Of a stretch of 32,000 nt of DNA, positions 19,803 through 31,055 are shown in pieces. Under the pieces are notes generated by a model. The model did not search any database. It saw only the letters and a list, made by a program, of their open reading frames with translations, and had not been told where the DNA came from. Made by a program: the position numbers and the translations under genes. Where the stretch lies: the NCBI GenBank assembly GCA_000091165.1, contig FP565575.1:510001-542000 (forward strand). Direction: 5' to 3'. The DNA is from Candidatus Methylomirabilis oxygeniifera (GTDB lineage: Bacteria > Methylomirabilota > Methylomirabilia > Methylomirabilales > Methylomirabilaceae). Position 1 is the stretch's first letter. Every line of letters starts with the position of its first letter.

Positions 19803-20792
19803 TTACCGCGCCGAGACGATGGTGGTACACGCCGATCCTGCCTTGGGCAAATCCTCTGCGCCTGCGCGCTCCCAGTCGATGGCGATCTTGTCTCCCCTGG
19901 CGAAGGGGCAGTACGGATCCGGATCGTGAAGCGACACCAGGGCTCGCCTTCCCGCACAGCCGCCTCCGCAGGGGCAGCCTCGACACGCTGCGGGGACTGT
20001 CCTGGCCTGTTGAAACTCCTCCGCGTCGATGATCTGTTCCCGCTGCCGGTACAGGTCGTCGAGGGTCAAGCGGCTGCTTGGCCAATAAGTACAGGGCAGG
20101 ACCCGCCCGTCTGGCGCTACGCGAATGGTCGAGCGGCCGCAGGCAGGCCCGACAAAGCCGTCGAGACCGAGGACCCCCGCCAGAACCGGTTCCGTGGTGG
20201 CCGCCAGACGAGCTGATCCCAGCAGTCGTTTGAAGCCATCCCAGAACTCGTGGTAGCTCAGCGTAAAGTAATTGCTCTTCGAGGGCTGGTAGACGTTGAC
20301 CCTGAGATATGCTCCAAGGGAGGCGGCGAGCTTGGCGAGAGCCGGGAGCTTCTTGCTGTTGACGTTCATCATCACCGAGGTAACCGTGACGTTCAGACCA
20401 AGACCGCTGCAGCGCTCGAGGGTCTTTATCACTGCCCGCCAGTTGCCCTCTCCTCGAAGGGTATCGTGCTCTTGCCTGGTGGGAAAGTCGAGCGAGATCT
20501 CCACACTGTGGAAGCGCTTCAACTCCTCATCGCACAGGACCTGAAGGCTCAGACCGTTCGAGGTGATACTGGTCGTGATGCTTCTCCGCTCAAGATCGGC
20601 CAGGATGACGTGGAAATCGGGATGCAGGCCGTTCTCCCCCACCCCCAGATTGATGGACCGTACAGGGATACTCTCGCAGATACGCGTCATATCCTCACGG
20701 GTCAACCGGCTTATCACCGTGTCCGGGCGGTAGCAATGGGGGCATGTGAGGTTACATTCGTTCGTCAATCCGATGCCGACGGCAAAGGCCAT
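19803..20792 (-). CDS. Radical SAM/SPASM protein (start refined to ATG 20792)
   Basis: MAFAVGIGLTNECNLTCPHCYRPD; C-terminus CGRSTIRVAPDGRVLPCTYWPSS...ACRGCPCGGGCAGRR. Confidence 0.88.
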   Translation of the reverse strand: MAFAVGIGLTNECNLTCPHCYRPDTVISRLTREDMTRICESIPVRSINLGVGENGLHPDFHVILADLERRSITTSITSNGLSLQVLCDEELKRFHSVEISLDFPTRQEHDTLRGEGNWRAVIKTLERCSGLGLNVTVTSVMMNVNSKKLPALAKLAASLGAYLRVNVYQPSKSNYFTLSYHEFWDGFKRLLGSARLAATTEPVLAGVLGLDGFVGPACGRSTIRVAPDGRVLPCTYWPSSRLTLDDLYRQREQIIDAEEFQQARTVPAACRGCPCGGGCAGRRALVSLHDPDPYCPFARGDKIAIDWERAGAEDLPKAGSACTTIVSAR

Positions 20793-20803
20793 CACGGGTC
20801 TCC

Positions 20804-21478
20804 TTACGGCCTCCAGGCATAGCGAAGGGTGGTGAGGAGCAGATGATATCCGGCCAGCAGGCTTCCCTTGACCGTTCCCGCCACCTTCGATTGTCCGATC
20901 CGTTTTCGGCAACTTGTCGGTACCTCCACGATTCGGTAATCCTTTTTCACAGCCTTGACGATCATCTCGACGGGCCAGCCGTAGGTCCGATGTTCCATCT
21001 TCAAATCGCACAGGACCTCGGCTGTGATCGCCCGGAACGGACCCAGGTCGGTGAGCCTCAGACCGTAGAGAAGTCGGATGAGGGACAGGACCAGCCGATT
21101 CCCGACGCGCTGCTGGAGCGTCAAGGCTCCTGCCTCGCAATAGGTCCGCGCGCCGATCACCAGGTCGGCCTGGTCCTCGATGATTGGCTGGAGGACAGCC
21201 AGCATCTCTCGTGGATCGTCGCTTCCATCGCCATCACAAAACACGAAAATCTCAGACTCTGCGGCGGCCCGGATGCCTGTGCGACAGGCTGCGCCATAGC
21301 CTCGCACGGATTCCCTAACGACCCTGGCCCCGGCCGCTTGGGCGACCTCCGCCGTCCGATCATGGCTTCCGTTGTCCACCACGATGATTTCTTGAACGAG
21401 ATCTTTAGGGACTGCACTCACCACCCGGCCGATGACCGCCTCCTCATCAAGCGCCGGAATAATCACCGAGACCCGCAT
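20804..21478 (-). CDS. Family 2 glycosyltransferase
   Basis: MRVSVIIPALDEEAVIGRVVSAVP...EIIVVDNGSHDRT...FCDGDGSDDPREM. Confidence 0.9.
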   Translation of the reverse strand: MRVSVIIPALDEEAVIGRVVSAVPKDLVQEIIVVDNGSHDRTAEVAQAAGARVVRESVRGYGAACRTGIRAAAESEIFVFCDGDGSDDPREMLAVLQPIIEDQADLVIGARTYCEAGALTLQQRVGNRLVLSLIRLLYGLRLTDLGPFRAITAEVLCDLKMEHRTYGWPVEMIVKAVKKDYRIVEVPTSCRKRIGQSKVAGTVKGSLLAGYHLLLTTLRYAWRP

Positions 21479-21592
21479 TCAGCCCTCAGCATTCAGCCGT
21501 AGGTCGGGTTAGCGCAACGTAACCCGACAACTCGGCTAGGGCTGGCCGTTTCCTCAGAATGGCATTTTCGCACGCCATGGTGCGGCAGCGCC

Positions 21593-22438
21593 TCATGAGG
21601 TATTCCTTGCGAAGAGGTGGAGATAGCGGGCCACATCCTTCCAAGGGTGGTGCTTGCCCCCTTCCTCCTCCAGATTAAGGAGCGATTCGAACGCGGCGCG
21701 GTCGTTGATGACCTCTTTTGCGAGGTAGTCGATAAAGATGGCGATCCCCCCGTCTTCCACGACCTCGAACTCCGCCTTCTGCAGGATAGTATGGAGCTCC
21801 TCCCGCTCAAACGCTCCTCGCCTGACACCAAAGAGGGAGTCTGAGGAGGCAGTATGGGTGAGGGCTTCTAAGGCCTCGGGAAACTTCTGATCGCGGATGG
21901 CCAGTCGAAGCGGTTCCTGCCGGCGGTTGACGGTAATCAGCGAAAGGTACCCCTCAGGCCGAAGGATGTGGCGAAGGGCGGCAAGGGCGGGGCGGGGATC
22001 GGGGAGATATTCGACGAGGAAATGGCAAAGGATGAGATCGAATGCGCCTTCCTCGAAGAGACCGGTCGCCTCTTCGACAGCCCCTTGCAGGAACTGAGGC
22101 GGGAAGGCCGGCGGGGGTCGCAAGGCCTTGACGTGGCATTGCGCGAGACTAAGCATCTCCTCGGCAGGATCCAGCAGCACCACCTGGTAGCCGATCTGGG
22201 CCAAGCGGAGGGCCAACTCGCCCGTTCCACATCCTGCGTCAAGGATGCTCCTGGGGACTGAAGCCGTGTTCCAGAACCTCTCAAGAAAGGCTGACAGACG
22301 ACGCCAGGTGATCTCCTGGCGAAGGCGGCCGGAGGGGCCTGCCAGATAGTCCCGGTACGCAAAAGCCTGTTCCCCGAAGGCGGATGCAATCGGTTGATCC
22401 ATCGCAGCTCCAGATTGGCCAGAGTCCATACTTACCAC
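21593..22438 (-). CDS. Class I SAM-dependent methyltransferase
   Basis: SILDAGCGTGELALRLAQIGYQVVLLDPAEEMLSLA...FDLILCHFLVEYLPDP...ALRHILRPEGYLSLITVN. Confidence 0.9.
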   Translation of the reverse strand: MVSMDSGQSGAAMDQPIASAFGEQAFAYRDYLAGPSGRLRQEITWRRLSAFLERFWNTASVPRSILDAGCGTGELALRLAQIGYQVVLLDPAEEMLSLAQCHVKALRPPPAFPPQFLQGAVEEATGLFEEGAFDLILCHFLVEYLPDPRPALAALRHILRPEGYLSLITVNRRQEPLRLAIRDQKFPEALEALTHTASSDSLFGVRRGAFEREELHTILQKAEFEVVEDGGIAIFIDYLAKEVINDRAAFESLLNLEEEGGKHHPWKDVARYLHLFARNTS

Positions 22439-22656
22439 GGTTGCGGTATTTCAGCAACGGTTTCCCATCCCGGTTGCGAAGACACCTTGCCGGGAGGGCA
22501 CGGTAGTAATGGGGCGTATCGTATTGGAAGCTACACTTGAGAAATCCTGGATTGCGCCCTCTCTCGAAGAGCCCTCTTACCTATCCGGACCCTCCAGCAA
22601 AGGATGGTGACATATTGTGCTCCATAGTGTTATAATAAACACAGGAGGTACACATT

Positions 22657-22920
22657 ATGCCCCAAACCACGACCATGACCGTAAGGCTTCCCGCCCAGGT
22701 GAAGGCTCGCCTCGAAAAACTCGCCAAGTCCACGGACCGCTCCAAAGCGTACCTTGCAAGCCAAGCCATTGAAGAGTACCTAGACGTCCAGGAGTGGCAA
22801 GTCAAGGCCATTAAGGACGCCATCCGCGAAGCGGACTCGCCGAGCCCAGTGTTCTATGAACATGAGGAGGTACAGACCAAGCTCAAGAAGCTGACCGCCA
22901 AGAGGCGCAGGACGGAGTGA
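22657..22920 (+). CDS. Ribbon-helix-helix (CopG-like) antitoxin
   Basis: MTVRLPAQVKARLEKLAKSTDRSKAYLASQAIEEYLDVQEWQVKAIKDAIREADS. Confidence 0.88.
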   Translation: MPQTTTMTVRLPAQVKARLEKLAKSTDRSKAYLASQAIEEYLDVQEWQVKAIKDAIREADSPSPVFYEHEEVQTKLKKLTAKRRRTE

Positions 22921-23195
22921 AGGTCCGTTGGCTGTCCCGCGCCGCCGACGATCTGGAGTACCTCTATGAGTATATCGCTCAGGATAACCCAGAGGCCGCT
23001 GCCAGTGAGGCGGGGAAAGTGCTGGAAGCCGTGAAGCACCTCGCAGACTATCCCGCCTCTGGACGACCCGGAAGGGTCCCGGGCACTAGAGAGCTGGTCA
23101 TCTCACGGTACATCGTGGCCTACCGGGTCAAAGACGGAGTTGTCCAGATTCTCCGTGTCCTCCATGCGGCCCGCAAGTGGCCCGAGAGTCTCTAA
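22917..23195 (+). CDS. ParE/RelE-family toxin
   Basis: VRWLSRAADDLEYLYEYIAQDNPEAAASEAGKVLEAVKHLADYPASGRPGRVPGTRELVISRYIVAYRVKDGVVQILRVLHAARKWP; 4-nt overlap with the antitoxin. Confidence 0.92.
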   Translation: MKVRWLSRAADDLEYLYEYIAQDNPEAAASEAGKVLEAVKHLADYPASGRPGRVPGTRELVISRYIVAYRVKDGVVQILRVLHAARKWPESL

Positions 23196-23312
23196 CCAGT
23201 CCCCCTGAAAACCCATCCCGGTCCTTGTGTTCTCTGCCCATCCATGGCTATCTGAAGTCCCCTTTGGAAAGCTGAAGGTGAAAGCTGGCTCTTTCAATCC
23301 ACAGGGAGTTGA

Positions 23313-23450
23313 TTCCCCGCGACTTGCTGCGAGTTCGTCATACCGGCGGAAGCCGGTATCTAGAGGGCTCGACTGGATTCCGTGTCAAGCACGGAATGAC
23401 GGGCCAGAACAGAAGACGATACCCCGCGACTTGCTGCGGGGTAGTTCATT
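23313..23450. repeat. Short repeat element with two CCCCGCGACTTGCTGCG copies flanking smaller palindromes
   Basis: CCCCGCGACTTGCTGCG near 23313 and 23420; CATACCGGCGGAAGCCGGTATC and ATTCCGTGTCAAGCACGGAAT between them. Confidence 0.6.
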
Positions 23451-23454
23451 GGTC

Positions 23455-23927
23455 TCAGTGTTCCATAGGAAAGGCATATCCTCCGGGACGCCCAGCAGTC
23501 GAGGATGTGAAAGGGGTCAGGCTCGTGGGCATGTACCTCCACGGTCGTAGCTCGATTCCTGAGCGTGTATGCCTGCTGTCGCCCGCGTAAATCAACAGGG
23601 GCTTCGATGCGAAGGCCCCGGCAAGGGCCAGCCATTTCTGCAGGCCGATCAGGTAGTCGCGGGTCACGGTCTGGCCCGATGTGATCTCGATAGGCAACAG
23701 CGCGCCTCACCGTGCTCGGCCAGGACGTCCACTTCATTGCCCGCCCGGTCGCGCCAGAAATAGAGATTGGGCATCAGTCCGCGATTGTATCTGCCAGCGT
23801 GATTCTGGGGATAGTTGACTCGATTCATGGGCTGGCTATCCCGGAAATGAGTATCGTGTCCCCTGATACCATCCAGGTCAGCCTTCTGATCGAGAATCGG
23901 CTGGAGGACGGCCGGGCGGGAAGGCAC
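23455..23927 (-). pseudogene. Remnant of a DUF4143-type P-loop ATPase C-terminus, frameshifted
   Basis: Frame 1: YNRGLMPNLYFWRDRAGNEVDVLAEHGE. It continues after a shift as LPIEITSGQTVTRDYLIGLQKWLALAG (23455-23697). No ATPase domain upstream. Confidence 0.65.
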
Positions 23928-23939
23928 GCAAGGAAGCCA

Positions 23940-24479
23940 TTAGACGATCCATGAGAGAAGCTGGGCGGTGCGACCTCGCTTGTTCGCGAGCCACCGCGAA
24001 AGCAAGCTGTCCAGCCCCAGGATGCGCCCGGATGGGAAGGAGAGGAAGAGCACGCTGTAGCCGATCAGCATGAAGTAGGTCCAGTGCCACTCGTGTGGCA
24101 CCCTCAGGACGCTGAGGGTCACGTTGATTGCCATCAAGAGCCCCACCAGTCCCCCCAAGCGGGCAAAGAGCCCGAAGGTGAGGCTGAGGCCGATAAATGC
24201 CTCCGTCAGTAGGGTCAGGTAGCCAAAGAGGATAAAGTTGGGCAGGACGACGTTCATCAGGAATGCGTGGTGGACGCTCCAGGTCGGGTACTGAATCGCC
24301 TGATTCAACCAATACCAGAGGCCATCCCCCGCCTTCATACCGAAATCCGGCGGTACCTTCCACTTGGCTTGCTGGAGCCACAGAATCCCATACATCATCC
24401 TGAGGAGACCAACAGTCCAGCGAAAGAGTGGGCTCTCCTGAACGCCTGCGCCAGGCGGCTGAACTATAGTAGTCATCAC
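23940..24479 (-). CDS. DoxX/DoxD-like membrane protein
   Basis: RWTVGLLRMMYGILWLQQAKWKVPPDFG...EAFIGLSLTFGLFARLGGLVGLLMAINVTLSVL...GRILGLDS. Confidence 0.65.
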   Translation of the reverse strand: MMTTIVQPPGAGVQESPLFRWTVGLLRMMYGILWLQQAKWKVPPDFGMKAGDGLWYWLNQAIQYPTWSVHHAFLMNVVLPNFILFGYLTLLTEAFIGLSLTFGLFARLGGLVGLLMAINVTLSVLRVPHEWHWTYFMLIGYSVLFLSFPSGRILGLDSLLSRWLANKRGRTAQLLSWIV

Positions 24480-24519
24480 GTGGGTTTCCTCATCCTCTGC
24501 GTACGACCGCGAAGCGATG

Positions 24520-27152
<2,633 letters not shown>

Positions 27153-27156
<4 letters not shown>

Positions 27157-27557
27157 GATGCTTTCTCCTTGAACTCCAGCGCAGCGGAATTGATGCAGTA
27201 CCTGAGATGCGTCGGTGCCGGACCATCATGAAAGAGGTGACCGAGGTGGGCGTCGCACCTGCTGCAGAGTACCTCAGTTCGCCTCATGCCAAGGCTGTGA
27301 TCAGCTTCGGTTCTTACGGCTTCGTCCGCAATCGCGGCCCAGAAGCTCGGCCACCCAGTACCGGAGTCAAACTTGGTGTCTGAACTGAATAATTCACTCC
27401 CACAACAGACGCACTCGAACATTCCCTTGTCGTGCAGGTTGTGATACGCCCCTGAAAAGGCTCTCTCCGTCCCTTTCTTCCTGGTCACATAATACTGATC
27501 TTCAGTGAGCTGCTTGCGCCACTCCTGGTCAGTCTTGATGACTTTGTCGGCCATAGT
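27153..27557 (-). CDS. msrB: Peptide-methionine (R)-S-oxide reductase
   Basis: [29 protein letters not shown]...[24 protein letters not shown]...[12 protein letters not shown]. Start refined to MADKV; stop overlaps the downstream glucosidase start (GTGA). Confidence 0.95.
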
Positions 27558-28010
27558 GAATCCCTCCCCAGATGAGTACTCTTCCCCCCCCCATAGGGCG
27601 ATCAGATCATAGCACGTCATAGCACTCGCTCAGGGTCGAATGCTCGGAACATTTAGCCTCCCACTTACCGCTCACTTTTTTTGACGCCGTTCCAAAGAAA
27701 AAGGATTCGTGAAATTCGGAATGAGAAAGGGGGCAGTAATTGGCTTAGATTGTTGGAGGGTGGAGGGTACGGCGGTGCGCTTCTGGAGAACCTTCCTCAG
27801 GGAGGGAATCGAATAGCGTGGATATCTTCAGACTCTTTCGGAAATCGTGTGGGTAATTGACCCCACCGGCGCGATGCTCAGACCCTCGAAAGGAGACTGT
27901 TCGGGTTTATCCGACCCGCAAGCGAGCAGCGGTCAGGTGGAACGGTTTGGGGATAACCCGCGCCGGGCGGAGCAAGACGCGGGTTCATCGCCTTGCTACG
28001 CTGCCCTCTG

Positions 28011-28655
28011 TTACGAGAAATGCTTGACGAGCAGCGCCTCCGTGAATCCGAGGATACTGGCAACCTCTGGGCGATCAACCTCGGTCCACTTCGCATGGAG
28101 TGCGCGATTGCGAAACGACAGATACGATTGAGCAATACCGACCTGGGCGCCCTGCAGCACATCCTTCTCTTTAAGAGCGGTAACTACGTCAGCCAGTTTT
28201 TCTTGATGTGGAAGCCCAGCCGAGGCAGCGAGACGCCTGAGAGAGTCTTCGAACGCCGCAGCAGCAAGCACCGCCGCAACGTTCTTGGTGGCCTCGCCAC
28301 CTTCATCGGAGACGGTTCTGGCAAGCTTGATCAAGTCGCTTAGGACCTCGCTTGTAACTGCATCGCGAAGGCTTCCCAACATCCCTACTTCAACATCGGC
28401 CTGAATCGCTTGAAGAACGCCTCGAAGCACATTTATCGAAGAATCTACACTGGCTGGGACCCCTGGATAATAAGATTTCGCAATTCGATCAAGTGCATTA
28501 CACATATCGCGTTCACGACTACTGTCACGCCCGTACAATACGTGTAGGAGACCTAGCGTTCCTTGATGTACCCTGTTCTGCACCTCAAGGTTTTTGGACC
28601 CCTGGGAGTCTTGGAGCAGATCCTTTAGGCGCACTTTGATCGCTTCTACGTCCAT
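28011..28655 (-). CDS. HEPN-like/abortive-infection-like C-terminal domain protein (cassette)
   Basis: 214 aa ORF; C-terminal AAAFEDSLRRLAASAG...QSYLSFRNRALHAKWTEVDRPEVASILGFTEALLVKHF with an R-x4-H (RNRALH) motif. Confidence 0.55.
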   Translation of the reverse strand: MDVEAIKVRLKDLLQDSQGSKNLEVQNRVHQGTLGLLHVLYGRDSSRERDMCNALDRIAKSYYPGVPASVDSSINVLRGVLQAIQADVEVGMLGSLRDAVTSEVLSDLIKLARTVSDEGGEATKNVAAVLAAAAFEDSLRRLAASAGLPHQEKLADVVTALKEKDVLQGAQVGIAQSYLSFRNRALHAKWTEVDRPEVASILGFTEALLVKHFS

Positions 28656-28690
28656 GAATTTACACCTGCCTCAGATGCCGCATGCCGTCA

Positions 28691-28754
28691 ATCTAATGTC
28701 TCGCTCCGGGAGCACGCCGCTTGCTGCGCATCCCGCTTGACTGTAATGTTAGAC
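28691..28754 (-). repeat. attC-like site between two minus-strand cassette genes
   Basis: Minus-strand R''-like GTCTAAC (28754-28748) and R'-like ATTAGAT (28697-28691) mutually complementary over TCTAA; internal CGGGA/TCCCG stem. Confidence 0.5.
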
Positions 28755-28788
28755 TGCCTGGAGTTGCAATCAATGCAACTACACGCCA

Positions 28789-29124
28789 TTACTTTTCGCA
28801 CCTAAATCGGAGGGTTACATTGCCAGCCGCGAAGGTTCCGCCACCGGCGCCACCACCGTGAGCGTTCCACGATGCTCCAGCCGCGCTTTGGTATATATCT
28901 CGCTCTCTTGCATCGACTACAATTGCTCGACCGCCTTTGGCGCCGCAAAACTTCTGCGCCTCCTCATACGCGATGGCGTTTGCACCTGCGGTTCCACCAC
29001 GTACAGGCGCAGCCCTAGCAGAAATGATATACGTGCCTCCCTCAGCTTCCATAACACCACTGGTAGTGGCACACGCAGCTATTAATAATGACAGCGCAAC
29101 GACCCCCACGAGATATATTCTCAT
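28789..29124 (-). CDS. Small predicted lipoprotein
   Basis: MRIYLVGVVALSLLIAACATTSG: signal peptide with lipobox LIAAC. Confidence 0.6.
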   Translation of the reverse strand: MRIYLVGVVALSLLIAACATTSGVMEAEGGTYIISARAAPVRGGTAGANAIAYEEAQKFCGAKGGRAIVVDARERDIYQSAAGASWNAHGGGAGGGTFAAGNVTLRFRCEK

Positions 29125-29171
29125 GTTGTCCCTTTTAATGTATTGTCACAAATAGCTTGGCTGCGAACATG

Positions 29172-29313
29172 CTGGTCTGTATAACACCAGCCAAGCCCCC
29201 TCACGATTTACGGGATTTTCCTGCTGTTTCGCAGCCTTGTCAACGGAATTTCAACATGGCCCATAGGGACACAGGCCGCCCCGATGGTCGGCATAATCCT
29301 AATGGGGCCGACC
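29172..29313 (-). repeat. Dispersed promoter-bearing repeat, copy A
   Basis: Near-identical to 31644-31786, including CTGGTCYGTAYAACA, CGGGATTTTCCTGCYGTTTCGCAG, TTGTCAACGGAATTTCAAC, CCATAGGGACA and CGGCATAATCCT. Confidence 0.85.
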
Positions 29314-29321
29314 ACGCCGGC

Positions 29322-29427
29322 TTACGGAAGACGCTGACGCCATTTAGCAGGATTGCGAGACGTGTGAAATACGCCGTGGGCGGTCACCGCGCCCTTAACA
29401 TGCTCGTAGAACACCGCGTAGGGAAGG
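29322..29427 (-). pseudogene. C-terminal remnant of a ParE/RelE toxin
   Basis: Minus-strand frame RLPYAVFYEHVKGAVTAHGVFHTSRNPAKWRQRLP*; nothing toxin-like upstream. Confidence 0.6.
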
Positions 29428-29515
29428 CGAGGCTCCAGCGAGTGGTCAGCCGGAGCCGACCGGCGACGACATTAGGCGGCATTGAGCGCTGAGTCGGCCG
29501 GAACTCTGTGAGTGT

Positions 29516-29784
29516 CTACGCCGCGCGAAGGGGCGCAAGATCCCCACGCTTCGCCGGGGACACTCCCAAGCTGCGCAGGATCCGATTCAGGGCTGCAAGC
29601 GTGACCTTAGACGGGGCGGTAATTTCAATCCCAATCGGTTGACCATGCCGATTGAAATCGATCAGGAGGCCGGGCGCGGCCACGGCCGTTCGGCAGCTTT
29701 TTCCCCTGGGCGACGAGGCAGGTAGTAGTAGGCGGCGAGCGCCCGACCATGGCGAAACGTGACTTCCAGAAAGGGCTCCTTCAC
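29516..29784 (-). pseudogene. DUF2283-like small protein, frameshifted
   Basis: GTG start: MKEPFLEVTFRHGRALAAYYYLPRRPGEK; after a shift, APGLLIDFNRHGQPIGIEITAPSKVTLAALNRILRSLG...; span is 269 nt (not divisible by 3). Confidence 0.6.
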
Positions 29785-29818
29785 GTCACGACTCCTCGTG
29801 CGGTTGGCCCGACCGGAA

Positions 29819-30031
29819 TCACGCGAAGATTAGACGCCGTCCTTTTGGAATAGGAATCGGATCGCCAAACTCCTTGGCCGTGTCAAGCCAGAGGCCAATA
29901 GCCTCTTGGATATTGACCAGTGCTGCTTCCTGGGAAGCACCGTGTGCCATGCAGCCAGGAAGCTCAGGGGCCTCAGCCACGAACGCCTGATCCTCATCGC
30001 TCCAATAGATGATAACCTCGTACTTGTTCAT
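29819..30031 (-). CDS. hicB: HicB-family antitoxin
   Basis: YEVIIYWSDEDQAFVAEAPELPGCMAHGASQEAALVNIQEAIGLWLDTAKEFGDPIPIPKGRRL. Confidence 0.92.
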   Translation of the reverse strand: MNKYEVIIYWSDEDQAFVAEAPELPGCMAHGASQEAALVNIQEAIGLWLDTAKEFGDPIPIPKGRRLIFA

Positions 30032-30282
30032 TCCGCCTCACCTGCAAGTCCGTACGTCAGAATAACGTTTCGGACCTGCTTGACCTGATACGGCTTCGCC
30101 TCGTGACCTTCACGCTGAAGGTTCAGTTTCTCCTCAATTCCTGCGCGGCGGAAAATATGATGACTCCCGCGAACGCGCATCTCGAACCCCAGGCTTGTCA
30201 ACAGGTGGCAAAGGTCGTCGAAATCAAGATTTGCGTCGGACGTGCCGCTGAGGACACGACGAAGAACTTTGCCAGTGCTCAT
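30028..30282 (-). CDS. hicA: HicA-family toxin
   Basis: [53 protein letters not shown]; 4-nt overlap with hicB. Confidence 0.92.
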
Positions 30283-30329
30283 GCGACCATTCTACCTTGC
30301 GAAAGAACTTCTGGCTCACTACGATTAGA

Positions 30330-30440
30330 CTGGTCTGTATAGCACCCAGCCCAAGAATTCTTACGATATGCGGGATTGTCCTGCCGCCTCTCAGCCTTGT
30401 CAATGGAATTTCAACGGGGGCTATAGGGACAAAGGCTGCC
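30330..30440 (-). repeat. Dispersed promoter-bearing repeat, copy B (shorter, more diverged)
   Basis: CTGGTCTGTATAGCACCCAGCCCAAGAATTCTTACGATATGCGGGATTGTCCTGCC...CTTGTCAATGGAATTTCAAC...CTATAGGGACAAAGGC. Confidence 0.8.
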
Positions 30441-30587
30441 TTGTGCCTGACTACAAGGGGGAACGAGACGGGTTACGCGGGGTCAGCGGCTGCGTGAGAA
30501 GCCCCCGTGATCTTCGTTCGGAGGAAGTGTCGGACACGTTTTCGCATCGCCGGCGTGATGGTAATATTTCGAGGCGGCCTACCGTGA

Positions 30588-30662
30588 AGTTAACCGGCGC
30601 GGGCCACGACAACCAACATTGTGCCGGCGGAACACGGCGTCCGGGCAAACGCCGGGTTAGGC
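30588..30662 (-). repeat. attC-like site downstream of higA
   Basis: Minus-strand consensus R'' GCCTAAC (30662-30656) containing the higA TAA stop; other boundary GTTAACT (30594-30588); flanks CCGGCG/CGCCGG complementary. Confidence 0.55.
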
Positions 30663-30953
30663 CGCCGTGAGCCGCAGCTTGCCAACTTTGCCGAGCTTGA
30701 GACGCTGTTTCGCTTGCCAGAGATCATGGTCGTTCTGCATAGCAAGCCAGCTCTCAGGAGAACGCCCGAGGGCCTTGGAGAGCCGCAGCGCCATTTCCGG
30801 ACTGATACGGCTGGAGCCCACCAGAATACGATGCAATGTCGAAGGTGCCACACCGAGCTTTGCAGCCAGCTCCCGGCCGCTCAGGTTATTCGGCTCCAGA
30901 TAGACCTGAGTGATGAACTCTCCGGGATGGGGTGGATTGTGCATAGCCATCAA
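30657..30953 (-). CDS. higA: HigA-family antitoxin (HTH)
   Basis: MHNPPHPGEFITQVYLEPNNLSGRELAAKLGVAPSTLHRILVGSSRISPEMALRLSKALGRSPESWLAMQNDHDLWQAKQ. Confidence 0.93.
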   Translation of the reverse strand: MMAMHNPPHPGEFITQVYLEPNNLSGRELAAKLGVAPSTLHRILVGSSRISPEMALRLSKALGRSPESWLAMQNDHDLWQAKQRLKLGKVGKLRLTAA

Positions 30954-31021
30954 TGATAATCCTCATAATCCAAGACGTAGGCGTGTCCGTCTTTGAATGC
31001 GAAGGTTACGCGCCGGTTCCC
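30950..31021 (-). pseudogene. higB: C-terminal remnant of HigB toxin
   Basis: Minus-strand frame ...TGNRRVTFAFKDGHAYVLDYEDYH* overlapping the higA start; no upstream HigB sequence. Confidence 0.75.
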
Positions 31022-31055
31022 GTGCCCTTGTTGGCCCTCTCTCTATTCGCCTGCC

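Noticed and set aside
20250-20822. 190-aa plus-strand ORF across the radical SAM gene
   Set aside because: Antisense to CxxxCxxC-containing coding sequence; no independent support.
28157-29492. The copy A repeat and its surroundings as a novel coding region (29157-29492 + ORF)
   Set aside because: The same sequence recurs non-coding at 31644-31786, and the plus frame has no family features.
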